Assembly (NCBI GenBank): GCA_963668315.1 | Contig: OY764216.1 | Location: forward strand, 1,344,001 to 1,408,000 | Source: Spirochaetia bacterium | Lineage (GTDB): Bacteria > Spirochaetota > Spirochaetia > DSM-2461 | Direction: 5' to 3' | DNA length: 64,000 nt | Part shown: in pieces, positions 20,201 to 29,544 of the stretch | How the letters are laid out: the number at the start of each line of letters is the position of its first letter | How positions within the stretch are numbered: the first letter of the stretch is position 1 | Notes under the pieces: generated by a model | The model's input: the letters and a program-made list of their open reading frames with translations, nothing else | What the model was told of the DNA's origin: nothing | Database searches by the model: none | Translations under genes and position numbers: made by a program

Positions 20201-20653
20201 GCGGAAAAAGGGCTCTCCCGTAAAATCGGATATGAGGGAGAAATAGAGAACTCCCAGAAGGATCTCGTCATAGACCAGGGGAATCAGCAGGGACTGTCTT
20301 GATTCGGCGGGGGAGCGGAGCGGACATCTCGCGCACCAGGATTCGGCGCTCCTGATGATGAATGCTTCTTTTTTTTCCAGGGCGTGTTTAAGGCAGGCCG
20401 GTACAAAGCCCAACTTAAAGGCCTCCTCTATGGCCGAACGGTTCTCATCCTCTCCCCAGACGGCATAACCGGCAATCCGGTGGTCCCTGTCGGAGAGGAC
20501 AAGCCAGGCCCCGCGGACGTCTGTCCAGTCCGTGAGGGAGAGGCAGATCTTATCCAGAAGTTTCTCGATATTACTTTCCGTCCGGATCTTCTGGTGGATC
20601 GTATTCTTGATGGGGAGAATCTCTATATTTTCCGATAATGAATCTTGTGCCAT
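17288..20653 (-). CDS. hybrid sensor kinase GAF-PAS-PocR-PAS-PAS-HisKA-HATPase-REC
   Basis: PocR segment with three Cys (SEYCQLIR, IDCIKSD, YRCQSGGL, WLVGQ); PAS motifs; GRLAGGIAHDLNN; PFFSTK.GTGLGL; C-terminal REC. Confidence 0.9.
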   Translation of the reverse strand: MAQDSLSENIEILPIKNTIHQKIRTESNIEKLLDKICLSLTDWTDVRGAWLVLSDRDHRIAGYAVWGEDENRSAIEEAFKLGFVPACLKHALEKKEAFIIRSAESWCARCPLRSPAESRQSLLIPLVYDEILLGVLYFSLISDFTGEPFFRNLLNILSEDASYALWSRRLREENHNMGRMYSRKIQQQSEAVISLNDEGIVLSFNEQAESILLVKAREILGKSLEALNNSFLYQKWLVAKKSLENIYTYIIPEIRIDKGETRFFKVFISRVSSFPGRQIVYYITFTEIFSDNIDRGMLSMYSPDDNQEEQGNDLRFEDLVDLDQIGKIQKSFAEMTGLASIITGVDGIPLLPPSRFSEYCQLIRKTKKGSIDCIKSDTALYSQNGEYKIYRCQSGGLLDSWSPIIIDGRHVATWLVGQAREMGHDNIDIKQYAEIIGADPIELQRAYNRLPQYTYEEFNKRVAFLNTIMKQQVTIAYQSLKQREFIEKRKDFIKLLTEREEFYQGVLRIAPIGIAVLNDRFQFTQVNDRVCTILGYSQEELINRASCELFADMDEYLRVMNLEADQISRGGFSKVETVCLHKNGSPVNIFIRTVRIDSEDRSKGYVLSIQDITEEKKNAAERDILFSAVDHSSDSIFITDSEGNIIYVNSSFEKLTGYTFAEAENRNPRFLNSGTMEPSVFTDLWQNIKSGKMWNGQLCDRRKDGTLYTGVVTITPVMNHEGAITNFVSVKRDITDQLKIEEENRELEEQFHQAQKEESIGRLAGGIAHDLNNMLTPILGYSELLIDPSDESATRQKRIQQIYEAGERARKLVKQLLTFSRRHELDFQLLNLNTLITNFSSLLQRTIKENISFTLDLCPEIPLINADSGKIEQILMNLAVNSQDAMPDGGSLVIKTGIKEGSNPPLVTLSVHDSGCGIDQNDLDHIMEPFFSTKGDKGTGLGLANVQRLVKQHKGRLDFSSRVNQGTVVTVQFPSAEKMTGPTGDGAPSPGSTADSPGATVLLVEDDAQVRAVASSMLSRHGLRVLSAESAEAALQVMADSPVPISLLLTDIVLQGRNGFDLYRQYRTYNPEGRGLFMSGYLDISGEKEYQLLEDADFIQKPLQLNELINKVTALLGEGKR

Positions 20654-20785
20654 TAATTGATAAACTCCAGAAAAATCTTGGAAGAAAGGTATAAATGCAT
20701 TTTTACAAGATTACAATATCAATTTTTACAAAAATGGGTAAGATAACCTCAAAACTTATAGAGATGATTTCATATTTGTAATAAA

Positions 20786-21937
20786 TCAGGAGACCTTCAG
20801 GTCCGTCTTTTTCGACAAAAATTGATCATCATGAAATTTCTCTTTAATACTGAGGATCTCGTCCCTGTTATCCAGAAAAACTTCAACCAGCTCGGGATCG
20901 AATTTCCGTCCCTTCTGCTCTTCCAGATAGGCAAAACACTCTTCATCGGTCCAGGACTCCTTATAGGGCCGCGAGCTGCCCAGGGCGTCAAAAACATCGG
21001 CGATGGACACGATTCTCGCTTCCAGGGGAATCTCATCCCCTATCAGGCGGTAGGGGTAGCCGCTCCCGTCAAAATTCTCATGATGAAAACGGGCGATATT
21101 GACGGCGCACTCCAGGAGCCGGTCCGTCAGGGGAAGATTATCCGTCTCAAAATCCAGTGGGGAGATAAAGGAGCCGAGAAACTGGCTGGAGAGAATCTCC
21201 CCCCCGTAGAGGGTGTGTTTCTGCATCTCCCTGTACTCCTTGCTGCTCAGTTTTCCCCTTTTAAGGAGAATGGATTCGGGAATGCCGATCTTGCCAATAT
21301 CATGGAGGGGGGAGGCCATCTGTATTTCCCGGGCGAACAGGCTGTTGTTCCTGTGTGACTGAGCGAGTAGGGTGCTGTATTTCGAAACGCGGATAAAGTG
21401 CTGCCCCGTTTCGAAGTCCTTATATTCGGCGGCTTTCGAGAGAATCCCGACCAGGCGGCTGCGCGATTCCAGGAGTTCTCTGTTTCTCTCTTCCAGTTCG
21501 GCCGTCCTCTGCCTGACAAGATCCTTGAGATGCTTGCGGTAATTGTTGTTTTCCAGGATGAGCTCCCTCTTCTCCAGGACATTCTTTATTTTCAGCCTGA
21601 AGTCGGAGATCCCCTTTATGGGCTTCTGGATATAGTCGCCTATACCTATATGTATCGCTTCAATGGTCTTCTGCATATCCTGATTTCCCGACACAATGAC
21701 ATAGGCCGTATCGGGGAATCTCTTGCTGGCCTCACGGATAAAATCGAAGCCGCTCATCTTTCCGGGCATGATCAGATCCACCAGGACGAGGTCTACCTTT
21801 ACCGACTGCATCAGATTCAAAGCCATATCGCCGTCTTCCGCCTGAAGAACAAGGTAGTTGCTGCTCAGTACGGAATCCAGCATATCCCTGATATATTCAT
21901 CATCATCCAGTATGAGAATTTGCTGTTTAACATCCAT
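20786..21937 (-). CDS. response regulator REC + HD-GYP c-di-GMP phosphodiesterase
   Basis: VDLIMP; ETGQH; LHDIGKIGIP; HHENFDGSGYP; ADVFDAL..RPYK. Confidence 0.92.
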   Translation of the reverse strand: MDVKQQILILDDDEYIRDMLDSVLSSNYLVLQAEDGDMALNLMQSVKVDLVLVDLIMPGKMSGFDFIREASKRFPDTAYVIVSGNQDMQKTIEAIHIGIGDYIQKPIKGISDFRLKIKNVLEKRELILENNNYRKHLKDLVRQRTAELEERNRELLESRSRLVGILSKAAEYKDFETGQHFIRVSKYSTLLAQSHRNNSLFAREIQMASPLHDIGKIGIPESILLKRGKLSSKEYREMQKHTLYGGEILSSQFLGSFISPLDFETDNLPLTDRLLECAVNIARFHHENFDGSGYPYRLIGDEIPLEARIVSIADVFDALGSSRPYKESWTDEECFAYLEEQKGRKFDPELVEVFLDNRDEILSIKEKFHDDQFLSKKTDLKVS

Positions 21938-21975
21938 TATTCTGTCTTTTCCTTTTATTCCGTCTGTCGTCCGAA

Positions 21976-23964
21976 TCAGAACTCAATAAAATCTCCGTCC
22001 GATCCGCTCTCTTCCGAAGAAAGCCGGTTGATGCTTCCCGTCAGCGATGCCAGAAGAAGGCGGGAAGGATTACTTCTTTTCTCTTTTCTGGGCTGGGCGA
22101 CGACGGCGGCGGTCTGAGCTTTCCGGCTCCGGTCGGACTCCTGCACCTTAAAGAAGTTGACCACATCCACCATCATCTGGGCGTGGGATGATAATTCCTC
22201 GGACATGGATGCCAGTTCTTCCGAGGCGGAAGCGTTCTGCTGAATGACCATATCGAGCTGGGTTACCGCTTCATTCACCTGGGCCGATCCCCGGTTCTGC
22301 TCCTCGCTGGCGTAGGCAATCTCTTCCACGAGTCCGGCCGTGCCGATGATATCGGGTACTACATTCTCAATTTTTACCTGGGCCTGATCCGCTTTTCTGA
22401 CGCTCTCCCGGGTTATCTCGGTAATTTCCTTGGCGGCCGTTCCGCTTGAAACGGCAAGCTTTCTGACCTCCGATGCCACTACCGCGAAACCCTTGCCCGC
22501 TTCTCCGGCCCTCGCCGCTTCAATGGCCGCATTCAGGGCCAGGAGGTTCGTGTTTCTCGCCAGCTCTTCCACAATGGAGATTTTCTGATCGATTATCTTC
22601 ATCGCTTCCACCGTCTCCTTTACCGAGCGGCTGCTGTCCTCTATCTCGGAGGCCACGTTTTTCGCCATGCTATTGGAACGGGAGGCGTTCTCCGTGTTCT
22701 GCTGGATATTGGCGTTGAGCTCTTCCATGGAGGCGGCTATCTCTTCCATGTTGGCCGCCTGCTCGGTGGAGCCGGAGGATATCTCGCTGGCAGAGGAGGC
22801 TATCTCCTCGCTGCCCTTGGTCACCTCATCGGCCGATGTGATGATGGTGTCGATGATGGTTTTAAGCTGATCCGTCATCTCCTTCATGGAGGCGTAGATG
22901 CCCGTCAGTTTCCTGTCGGGGAACGCCAGCGTCAGATCTCCCTTGGCGATGCGTGAGGTGATCTCCTCTATTTCGTGGGGTTCGCCCCCCAGCTGTCTGG
23001 CCAGGGAGGAGGTCAGCCTCAAGGTGATGGTTATGCTGAGGAGCATGGCGACGGCGGAGAAGATAATCGTAAGGATAATGTCATGCCTGGAATTCCGGTC
23101 GATTTCCTTCTCTATGGCTAAGCTGACCTGGTCTCCCAGGGACATGACATCCTGGGAGGCATCATGCTGCCTGGCATAGATGTCTGTCTGCTGTTGAACC
23201 ATATTCACATAATCCTCAATGGTGGCATAGTACTCGTCGATATAGCCGATGGTCTGCTCCGTGAGGGATAGGAGATATTCATTGCTTTCCCGATTCAGAA
23301 ACTCCGTCAGAAGAAGGCGTGATTGCTCTACTCCGGATTTCCACAGCTCGACCTGTTTGGCCCGCTCCCCGTCGGTAAGGGCGAGTTTGTAGCGGTAGCC
23401 ATTGCTGTGATAGTCAAAGGTTATTTCCAGAATATTCTGCAGATCCCGCAGGTCGGCAACCGTCCTCTTGTAATCCGCCGCGGAAAGAGTTTCCGAATCA
23501 AGGTTCTTTTCGGTATAGGCGATGGCTTCCTTGATATTGCTCAGGACTTTCTGCGCCGACTCGGAACGGACCGAATCGCTCTCATCCTCCTGATGCTGTA
23601 TCTGGTAGGATTGCTGATTCAGTTCTTCATAGACGGTCATTCTATCTAGCAGCTTCTCTATGAGCTGACTGTCGTTATCCGATTCCAGATCCCGGGGCAG
23701 CTTTCCGGCGCTGCCGATCCCCCTGTTGCTGGCTTCCGTCGATTCCTTAATATAGGAGTCGTCCTTATAGATAATATAGCGCAGGGCGGAAGCCTGGGCA
23801 TCCTGTGAACTGGAGGCAATGTCATTTACCAGAAAATTCAGTTCATTCTGATGGAGTATCTCCCTTATACTGTGGATACCCTGATACCCTATGGCTAGAG
23901 TGAAAAAAATAACACACATGAAACTTAACAGCATTTTCGAACGTATTTTCATCTTCTTGATCAT
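21976..23964 (-). CDS. methyl-accepting chemotaxis protein
   Basis: Two TM helices, LGGEP/HAMP region, [33 protein letters not shown]. Start moved to MIKKMKI. Confidence 0.93.
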   Translation of the reverse strand: MIKKMKIRSKMLLSFMCVIFFTLAIGYQGIHSIREILHQNELNFLVNDIASSSQDAQASALRYIIYKDDSYIKESTEASNRGIGSAGKLPRDLESDNDSQLIEKLLDRMTVYEELNQQSYQIQHQEDESDSVRSESAQKVLSNIKEAIAYTEKNLDSETLSAADYKRTVADLRDLQNILEITFDYHSNGYRYKLALTDGERAKQVELWKSGVEQSRLLLTEFLNRESNEYLLSLTEQTIGYIDEYYATIEDYVNMVQQQTDIYARQHDASQDVMSLGDQVSLAIEKEIDRNSRHDIILTIIFSAVAMLLSITITLRLTSSLARQLGGEPHEIEEITSRIAKGDLTLAFPDRKLTGIYASMKEMTDQLKTIIDTIITSADEVTKGSEEIASSASEISSGSTEQAANMEEIAASMEELNANIQQNTENASRSNSMAKNVASEIEDSSRSVKETVEAMKIIDQKISIVEELARNTNLLALNAAIEAARAGEAGKGFAVVASEVRKLAVSSGTAAKEITEITRESVRKADQAQVKIENVVPDIIGTAGLVEEIAYASEEQNRGSAQVNEAVTQLDMVIQQNASASEELASMSEELSSHAQMMVDVVNFFKVQESDRSRKAQTAAVVAQPRKEKRSNPSRLLLASLTGSINRLSSEESGSDGDFIEF

Positions 23965-24021
23965 ATGGGACCTCTCAAGTGTTAATGGCCTAACAATAGA
24001 AAATTCTACCATAATGTATAA

Positions 24022-24046
24022 GTAACATAGGCCGTGTAACGGTAAC
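24022..24046. promoter_or_regulatory. candidate regulator site GTAAC-N9-GTAAC-G-GTAAC upstream of the MCP
   Basis: Next to a minus-strand extended -10 TGGTAGAAT (24011-24003) that has no good -35. Confidence 0.5.
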
Positions 24047-24196
24047 ACAGCGGGATGAAACCCCTCCCCGCCAGGAGGAAGCTGCCCTATGGATTATATC
24101 GGGAGGAACATTTATGATAATTCAGGCAATATCCCGTTTTCGGGTGTCTCTTTTGCCGGATAAATGTAGAAATAATATGAAAATAGGTGGAAAAAT

Positions 24197-25519
24197 ATGA
24201 CTAAAGAGGAACTGAAGAGTCTTGTCGTCGGTGAAATAGAGGCCCATGCCTCCCGGATTATAGAAATCGGAAGGACCATATTTGAAAATCCCGAACTGGG
24301 TTTCAAGGAGTACAAAACATCCGCTCTGGCGGCGGAAACCCTGACGGGACTGGGGCTGGACTGCGAAACCGGCCTGGCCCTTACCGGCGTGAAGGCCCGC
24401 CTCGAGGGGGACGGGAGAAATCCGGAGGATAATATATCCGTTATGGTCATGGGCGAACTGGACGCGGTCGTCTGTCCTCTCCATCCCGACGCCGATCCTG
24501 TCACGGGAGCCGCCCACTCCTGCGGCCATAACTCCCAGATCGCCAGTATGCTGGGAACCGCCATGGGACTGACTCCCTTTAAGGAATATCTGGGAGGGGA
24601 CGTGGTTTTTACCGCCGTCCCCGCCGAGGAGTATGTGGAGCTGGAGTTCCGGGAGAAGCTGAGGGAGGAGGGGAAGATCCACTTTTTCGGCGGGAAGCAG
24701 GAGTATATCCGTCAGGGAATTCTGGATGATGTGGATATGGGAATGATGATTCATTCCCACGCGGGCCTTCGGGACAGGAAATTCCTTCTCTCCTGCGACA
24801 GTTCCGGCTTCATAGGAAAAATCATACGCTTCACCGGAAAGGAAGCCCATGCCGGAGCCGAGCCCTCCGCGGGTATAAACGCCCTTAACGCGGCGGCCCT
24901 CTCCCTCATGGCGATAAACTCCCAGCGCGAGACCTTCAAGGATTCCGACCGTATCCGTGTCCATCCCATCATTACCAAGGGGGGCGATCTTGTGAACATC
25001 GTGCCCGCCGATGTCAGGATGGAAACCTATGTAAGAGGCCGGACCATCGATTCGATTTTCGATGCCTCCGCCAAGGTTAACAGGGCCCTCCGCGGCAGTG
25101 CCATGGCTATCGGGGCCGATGTGGATATACGGGAGATTCCCGGGTATCTTCCCCTGGCTCAGGATGAGGAACTGACCTCCGTCTTCGGCCGAAACGTTAC
25201 GTCCCTTCTGGGGAAGGAGGGTATCTACTCCGGTTACGAGCTCATGGGATCCACCGACGCAGGGGATATCAGCACCATTATGCCCTTTATCCATGTCTCC
25301 ACAGGGGGGTATGACGGTGTCGCCCACAGCAGGAATTTCGAAGTCTGCGATGAGGAAATGGCCTATGTCATGCCGGCGAAAATCATGGCCCTGTCCGTTA
25401 TCGACCTGCTCTGGGACAGGGCTTCCGCCGCCCGGGCGATTAAGAATCAGTTTACCCCTCAGTTCGATGCCGCAAGTTATGTTTCCTTCTGGGAGGACGC
25501 TATGGGAGAGCTGGACTGA
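24197..25519 (+). CDS. M20-family amidohydrolase
   Basis: PELGFKEY, GELDAV, HSCGHN, PAEE, GKEAHAG, GSTDAGD. Confidence 0.9.
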   Translation: MTKEELKSLVVGEIEAHASRIIEIGRTIFENPELGFKEYKTSALAAETLTGLGLDCETGLALTGVKARLEGDGRNPEDNISVMVMGELDAVVCPLHPDADPVTGAAHSCGHNSQIASMLGTAMGLTPFKEYLGGDVVFTAVPAEEYVELEFREKLREEGKIHFFGGKQEYIRQGILDDVDMGMMIHSHAGLRDRKFLLSCDSSGFIGKIIRFTGKEAHAGAEPSAGINALNAAALSLMAINSQRETFKDSDRIRVHPIITKGGDLVNIVPADVRMETYVRGRTIDSIFDASAKVNRALRGSAMAIGADVDIREIPGYLPLAQDEELTSVFGRNVTSLLGKEGIYSGYELMGSTDAGDISTIMPFIHVSTGGYDGVAHSRNFEVCDEEMAYVMPAKIMALSVIDLLWDRASAARAIKNQFTPQFDAASYVSFWEDAMGELD

Positions 25520-25603
25520 CCGGGAATAACTAAATGAAAAAATATGTAATGTTAGGTGACCCGGTACTTGTATGAGATGCATAATAGGGGTATATTTTTT
25601 TAC

Positions 25604-25628
25604 AGGTCCTGCCGCCGCAGGGCCTTTT
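25604..25628 (+). terminator. probable intrinsic terminator
   Basis: AGGTCCTGC-CGCC-GCAGGGCCT followed by a short T-run, downstream of the amidohydrolase. Confidence 0.5.
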
Positions 25629-25805
25629 CTCCCGGAGAAATCGATTCTCTTCCCCATGAGAGTGGTGTGATAACTGTCTCCCCTCTCTTCTGCGGATGAG
25701 TCAATATTGACCTCTTCCTGAGAACATATGTGGAAATCTTTTTTATGAAAAAAGTTGAGCTGTGTCTTAGAAGCATGCCCACATGTTAAGGAGGTAAATC
25801 TCAAA

Positions 25806-26480
25806 ATGATCAGTAATCTGATAAAACGTGTCCTATTATTTATGGTCGGTCTTTTCATCATGTCCCTGGCGGTAGCCCTGTCGGTAAAGGCCAGGCTGGG
25901 AGTGTCTCCCATTTCCTGTATTCCCCAGGTCTTCAGTGTCAAATATCCCTTGTCCCTGGGGCAGCTCACCATGATATTCAACGTTTTTCTTATTTTTCTG
26001 CAGATTGTCCTGCTGCGGAAAAAATACCGGCCCTTTCAGTTAGTCCAGCTCCCGGTTGTCATCTTCTTCGGTATATTCATCGATTTTTCCCTTTTTCTTC
26101 TTTCCGATTTGAATGTGACGGGATATGCGGGGAGGCTCTTTTTCTGTCTCCTGAGCTGTGCCATATTGGCTTTGGGGGTCTTTTTCGAAGTAAAGGCCGG
26201 GATCACCTATCTGCCGGGAGAAGGGGTCGCCCTCGCTCTGAAGCAGACGACGGGCGTAGAGTTCGGAAGAGCCAAAATCAGTGTCGACAGCTCTATGGTA
26301 ATTGTCGGCGTACTCTTTTCCTTCCTATTCTTCAAGCAGCTTGTCGGAGCCCGGGAGGGAACCCTTCTGGCGGCTGTTCTGGTGGGGCACCTTGTCCGGT
26401 TCTATTCTAAGCACATCAGTTTCATCGACCGTTTCCTTAATCCCGCCGTCGAAGAGGTGCTTGAACAGGAATCGGCCTGA
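25806..26480 (+). CDS. YczE/YyaS (YitT-like) membrane protein
   Basis: LGVSPISCIP, FGIFID, PGEG, REGT repeat-type motifs; AAGGAGGT RBS before ATG 25806. Confidence 0.8.
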   Translation: MISNLIKRVLLFMVGLFIMSLAVALSVKARLGVSPISCIPQVFSVKYPLSLGQLTMIFNVFLIFLQIVLLRKKYRPFQLVQLPVVIFFGIFIDFSLFLLSDLNVTGYAGRLFFCLLSCAILALGVFFEVKAGITYLPGEGVALALKQTTGVEFGRAKISVDSSMVIVGVLFSFLFFKQLVGAREGTLLAAVLVGHLVRFYSKHISFIDRFLNPAVEEVLEQESA

Positions 26481-26604
26481 GAGCCGCCTCCCGGGGCAGA
26501 GGGTCTAGGCATCTGATATAAATAACGCGTCATAAAAAGTTTTATAACGATCTGTGATGTATATTATTAAATGACCGCTTATATATCCGGAGAAGTGAGA
26601 GAGC

Positions 26605-27507
26605 ATGAAAGAACCCATCGGGACGACAGTGAAAATATATATGTTTATGATTCTCTTTCCTGTTCTGTTTTCATGCGCGAATCTTACCGATTACTCCGGC
26701 GAACAGCCGTTCCGTCATAATCCCATAAGTGAAGACTTCGATGAAGCCGACAAGCCTTCCTACGACACCATGACCTACGATGACGCCGGGACCTCGCGGA
26801 GTTACAAGCTGATGCTCCCCTGGAACTACGATAAAGATTACAATGCCGAACGGAGCTATCCCCTCTTGATTAACGTCGTCTATTCGGGAAGCCTCGTCGC
26901 TGGCAATACGGAGCGAATGCAGGGCTATCCCTGCTTCTGCCTGGACGCCGCTGCCAATAGTGACTGGGTCTATGCCATGGTCGCCGAGCTGGCTGCCAAT
27001 TATAGAATCGATACAAATAGAATTTATCTGTCCGGTTTTTCTGCCGGCGGCTCCGGTTCCTATCCATTCGCTTCCAATCTGGAAGCGAAGCAGGGACTGA
27101 CCGTTGCCGGCATCGTCCGCTGTGCCGGAGGCAGCAACACGGCCCTTTCCGATGCCATCTCGGGTAAAACCTCGGTCTGGTATCAAGTGGGTCTGAGTGA
27201 TTCCTACGATTTCGGATACGGTAAAGGATTACTGAGCGAAGACCCGGATGACGTCAGGCGCATCTCCAACAAGGCTTACGCCTATGTCAAAGGCCTGGAT
27301 TCCAGCGCCGGAGCGATTGAAACTGTAAAAACCGGGACCGTTTTGAATTATAGTTATGAATGCACCACCACCAGCCTGATCCTCGGCGGAGTCGAGATAT
27401 TTAAAAAAAGCCATTACAAGGGAATGGGCCATACCGGATCCCCGGCTTATGCCGATCCGGATGTCGTGGAGTGGCTTTTCAACCAGCATCTGTCCAATAG
27501 AGATTGA
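26605..27507 (+). CDS. lipoprotein alpha/beta-hydrolase (esterase/peptidase-like)
   Basis: LFSC lipobox; IDTNRIYLSGFSAGG nucleophile elbow; GMGH...WLFNQ C-terminus. Confidence 0.7.
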   Translation: MKEPIGTTVKIYMFMILFPVLFSCANLTDYSGEQPFRHNPISEDFDEADKPSYDTMTYDDAGTSRSYKLMLPWNYDKDYNAERSYPLLINVVYSGSLVAGNTERMQGYPCFCLDAAANSDWVYAMVAELAANYRIDTNRIYLSGFSAGGSGSYPFASNLEAKQGLTVAGIVRCAGGSNTALSDAISGKTSVWYQVGLSDSYDFGYGKGLLSEDPDDVRRISNKAYAYVKGLDSSAGAIETVKTGTVLNYSYECTTTSLILGGVEIFKKSHYKGMGHTGSPAYADPDVVEWLFNQHLSNRD

Positions 27508-27681
27508 TGATATGGGTTTTCCCATAAGTTCCGGCCATGCGTCAAAAATCGGTCAAATGCCTGTCGGTCTCCGGGGAAGGGGCTGATCTGTAAAAAAAAG
27601 CATAATAATTTCCTCCTATCTGTTGCTCCCCTTGTCCACAAACACTATTATTTCCTTATCAAATTGTAAGGAGAACACAAT

Positions 27682-29466
27682 ATGAAGAGGATTATGAAAT
27701 CCCTGTTTGCAGCTCTGTTCCTGTCTCTGGCTTTCTTAAGCCCTGTGGCAGCCCTGGCGAATGCAGATAAGGGCCCTCAGACAATTACGATCCTTGGTAC
27801 GACGGATATCCACAGTAATATCATCGGATTCAGCTATGAGAATGACAAGGCGACGACAAATAACGGATTAGCCCGTCTTTACTCCTATGTAAAGGAAGTC
27901 CGGGAAGAGAATCCCAATGTCATCCTGATCGATAACGGAGACACCATTCAGGGAAATATCATGACCGATGATATTTATAATAAGAATGAAGATCTCCATC
28001 CGGTTATCGCCGCCATGAATTTCATGAAGTACGACTCCATGACTCTGGGAAACCATGAGTTCAACTTTGGTCCTGAGCTGATTTCGCGGATCGAGGACCA
28101 GGCTGATTTTCCCATCCTGGCAGCCAACCTGTCCAGAAAGGACGGTAAAAAGGCCGCCGAGGAGTATACCATCGTCAAGCGGAACGGCGTGAAAATCGGC
28201 ATCATCGGCCTGACCAATCCCAATGCCCCCCGATGGGACGGCGACAAGGTGGACGACTTCGAGTATGAATCCATTGCCACGGCCTGCCGGAGGGTTGTGG
28301 ACGAGATCAAGGACAAGGTCGATATCATTGTCGTTTCCGCCCATGCGGGGATGTTCGCCGAGTATGATGTGGACGGCGGTTCCGACGCGGCTGAAAAAAT
28401 CATCGACCTTTGCCCCGAAGTGGACGCCCTCCTCGTGGGCCATGCCCATATCACGGTGAGCGAAACCGTGGGCGATACCGTCGTGGGCGGCGCCCGCAAC
28501 ATGGGCCGTGAAATCGTCCGTTTCGATATTTCCCTGGACGGCGAAGGACATGTTTCCGACAGAAGCGTCTCCGTCATCGAGGCGGAAGGCTATGAGCCCG
28601 ATGCCGAGCTGATCTCACTTCCCGTCGTTGCCGAAGCCCATCAGCTCACCCGGGACTTCATCAGCGGAGGAGCGGGGGATCAGGAAGGACTGCCCGCCGG
28701 CGGCGGAATCTTCGGACAGGCCACGGAAAATTTCCAGCCTGTTAACGAAATCAACGGTATTCCCGAAGGCAAGCTGAGAGATACGGCCGTTGTCGATCTG
28801 ATCAACAAGGTTCAGCTGATGGAATCGGGGGCCGATGTTTCCGCCGCCGCCCTGTTCTCTGACCAGAGCGATATCAAAGCCGGAGACATTAATTACGGAA
28901 CCATTTTCGGTATCTACAAGTATGACAATACCCTTTACCGCGTGACCGTGACCGGCGAAGAGCTGAAAAACTATATGGAATGGTCCGCCGCCTGCTACAA
29001 CCAGTGGGTTCCCGGCGATATCAACATCAGCTTCAACCCCGACAAACCGGGCTACCTCTATGATATGTTCGCCGGTGTCGACTACCAGATCGATCTGTCC
29101 AAACCCGCCGGAGAGCGAATCGTCAATCTGATGTTCCACGGAGAGCCTCTCTCCCCCGATCAGACTCTGACCCTGGCTGTGAACAACTACCGCTACTCTT
29201 CGGCACTGAAAGCCTCCAAGCTGGTGGCTGGTACCCGGGAATGGGAATCCTCCAACTCCATCAGGGACATGCTGGTCAGTTACATCACCGAGCAGGGTAC
29301 TATTTCCCCCGAGGTTGATAATAACTGGAGCATTACCGGAGTGGATCTCTCATCACCTTACAGGGATGAGATTATTCAGAAGATCAATGCAGGGGAAATG
29401 GAAGTTCCCTATGCCGCATCTCTGAATGTAGACGAGCTTATGGCAGCAGGGGCCGTTTCCAACTAG
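27682..29466 (+). CDS. secreted bifunctional metallophosphatase/5'-nucleotidase (CpdB-like)
   Basis: Signal peptide; TTDIH, DNGDTIQG, GNHEFNFG, GHAH, YKYDNTL, NNYR. Confidence 0.88.
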   Translation: MKRIMKSLFAALFLSLAFLSPVAALANADKGPQTITILGTTDIHSNIIGFSYENDKATTNNGLARLYSYVKEVREENPNVILIDNGDTIQGNIMTDDIYNKNEDLHPVIAAMNFMKYDSMTLGNHEFNFGPELISRIEDQADFPILAANLSRKDGKKAAEEYTIVKRNGVKIGIIGLTNPNAPRWDGDKVDDFEYESIATACRRVVDEIKDKVDIIVVSAHAGMFAEYDVDGGSDAAEKIIDLCPEVDALLVGHAHITVSETVGDTVVGGARNMGREIVRFDISLDGEGHVSDRSVSVIEAEGYEPDAELISLPVVAEAHQLTRDFISGGAGDQEGLPAGGGIFGQATENFQPVNEINGIPEGKLRDTAVVDLINKVQLMESGADVSAAALFSDQSDIKAGDINYGTIFGIYKYDNTLYRVTVTGEELKNYMEWSAACYNQWVPGDINISFNPDKPGYLYDMFAGVDYQIDLSKPAGERIVNLMFHGEPLSPDQTLTLAVNNYRYSSALKASKLVAGTREWESSNSIRDMLVSYITEQGTISPEVDNNWSITGVDLSSPYRDEIIQKINAGEMEVPYAASLNVDELMAAGAVSN

Positions 29467-29490
29467 TTCCTTGGATCTGCTTTAACTGAT

Positions 29491-29532
29491 AGGGGGCGCC
29501 GATCGAGCCGTTAAGACTCCGGCGCCCCTTTT
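29491..29532 (+). terminator. intrinsic terminator between convergent genes
   Basis: AGGGGGCGCCG ... CGGCGCCCCTTTT. Confidence 0.6.
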
Positions 29533-29544
29533 CTGGGGGAGAAT

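Noticed and set aside
20654..20785. TTACAA repeats upstream of the PocR kinase as a third copy of the GTTAC motif
   Set aside because: Different spacing (8 and 15 versus 6 and 14), no leading G, and AT-rich context makes chance likely.
25700..25730. GTCAATATTGAC palindrome resembling the half-site at 2408
   Set aside because: The similarity is mostly the TTGAC -35-like core, the second arm is missing, and there is no functional link to the mannoside locus.
24122..25981. 619-aa minus-strand ORF
   Set aside because: Antisense to the well-formed M20 amidohydrolase, with no recognisable motifs; typical GC-rich shadow frame.
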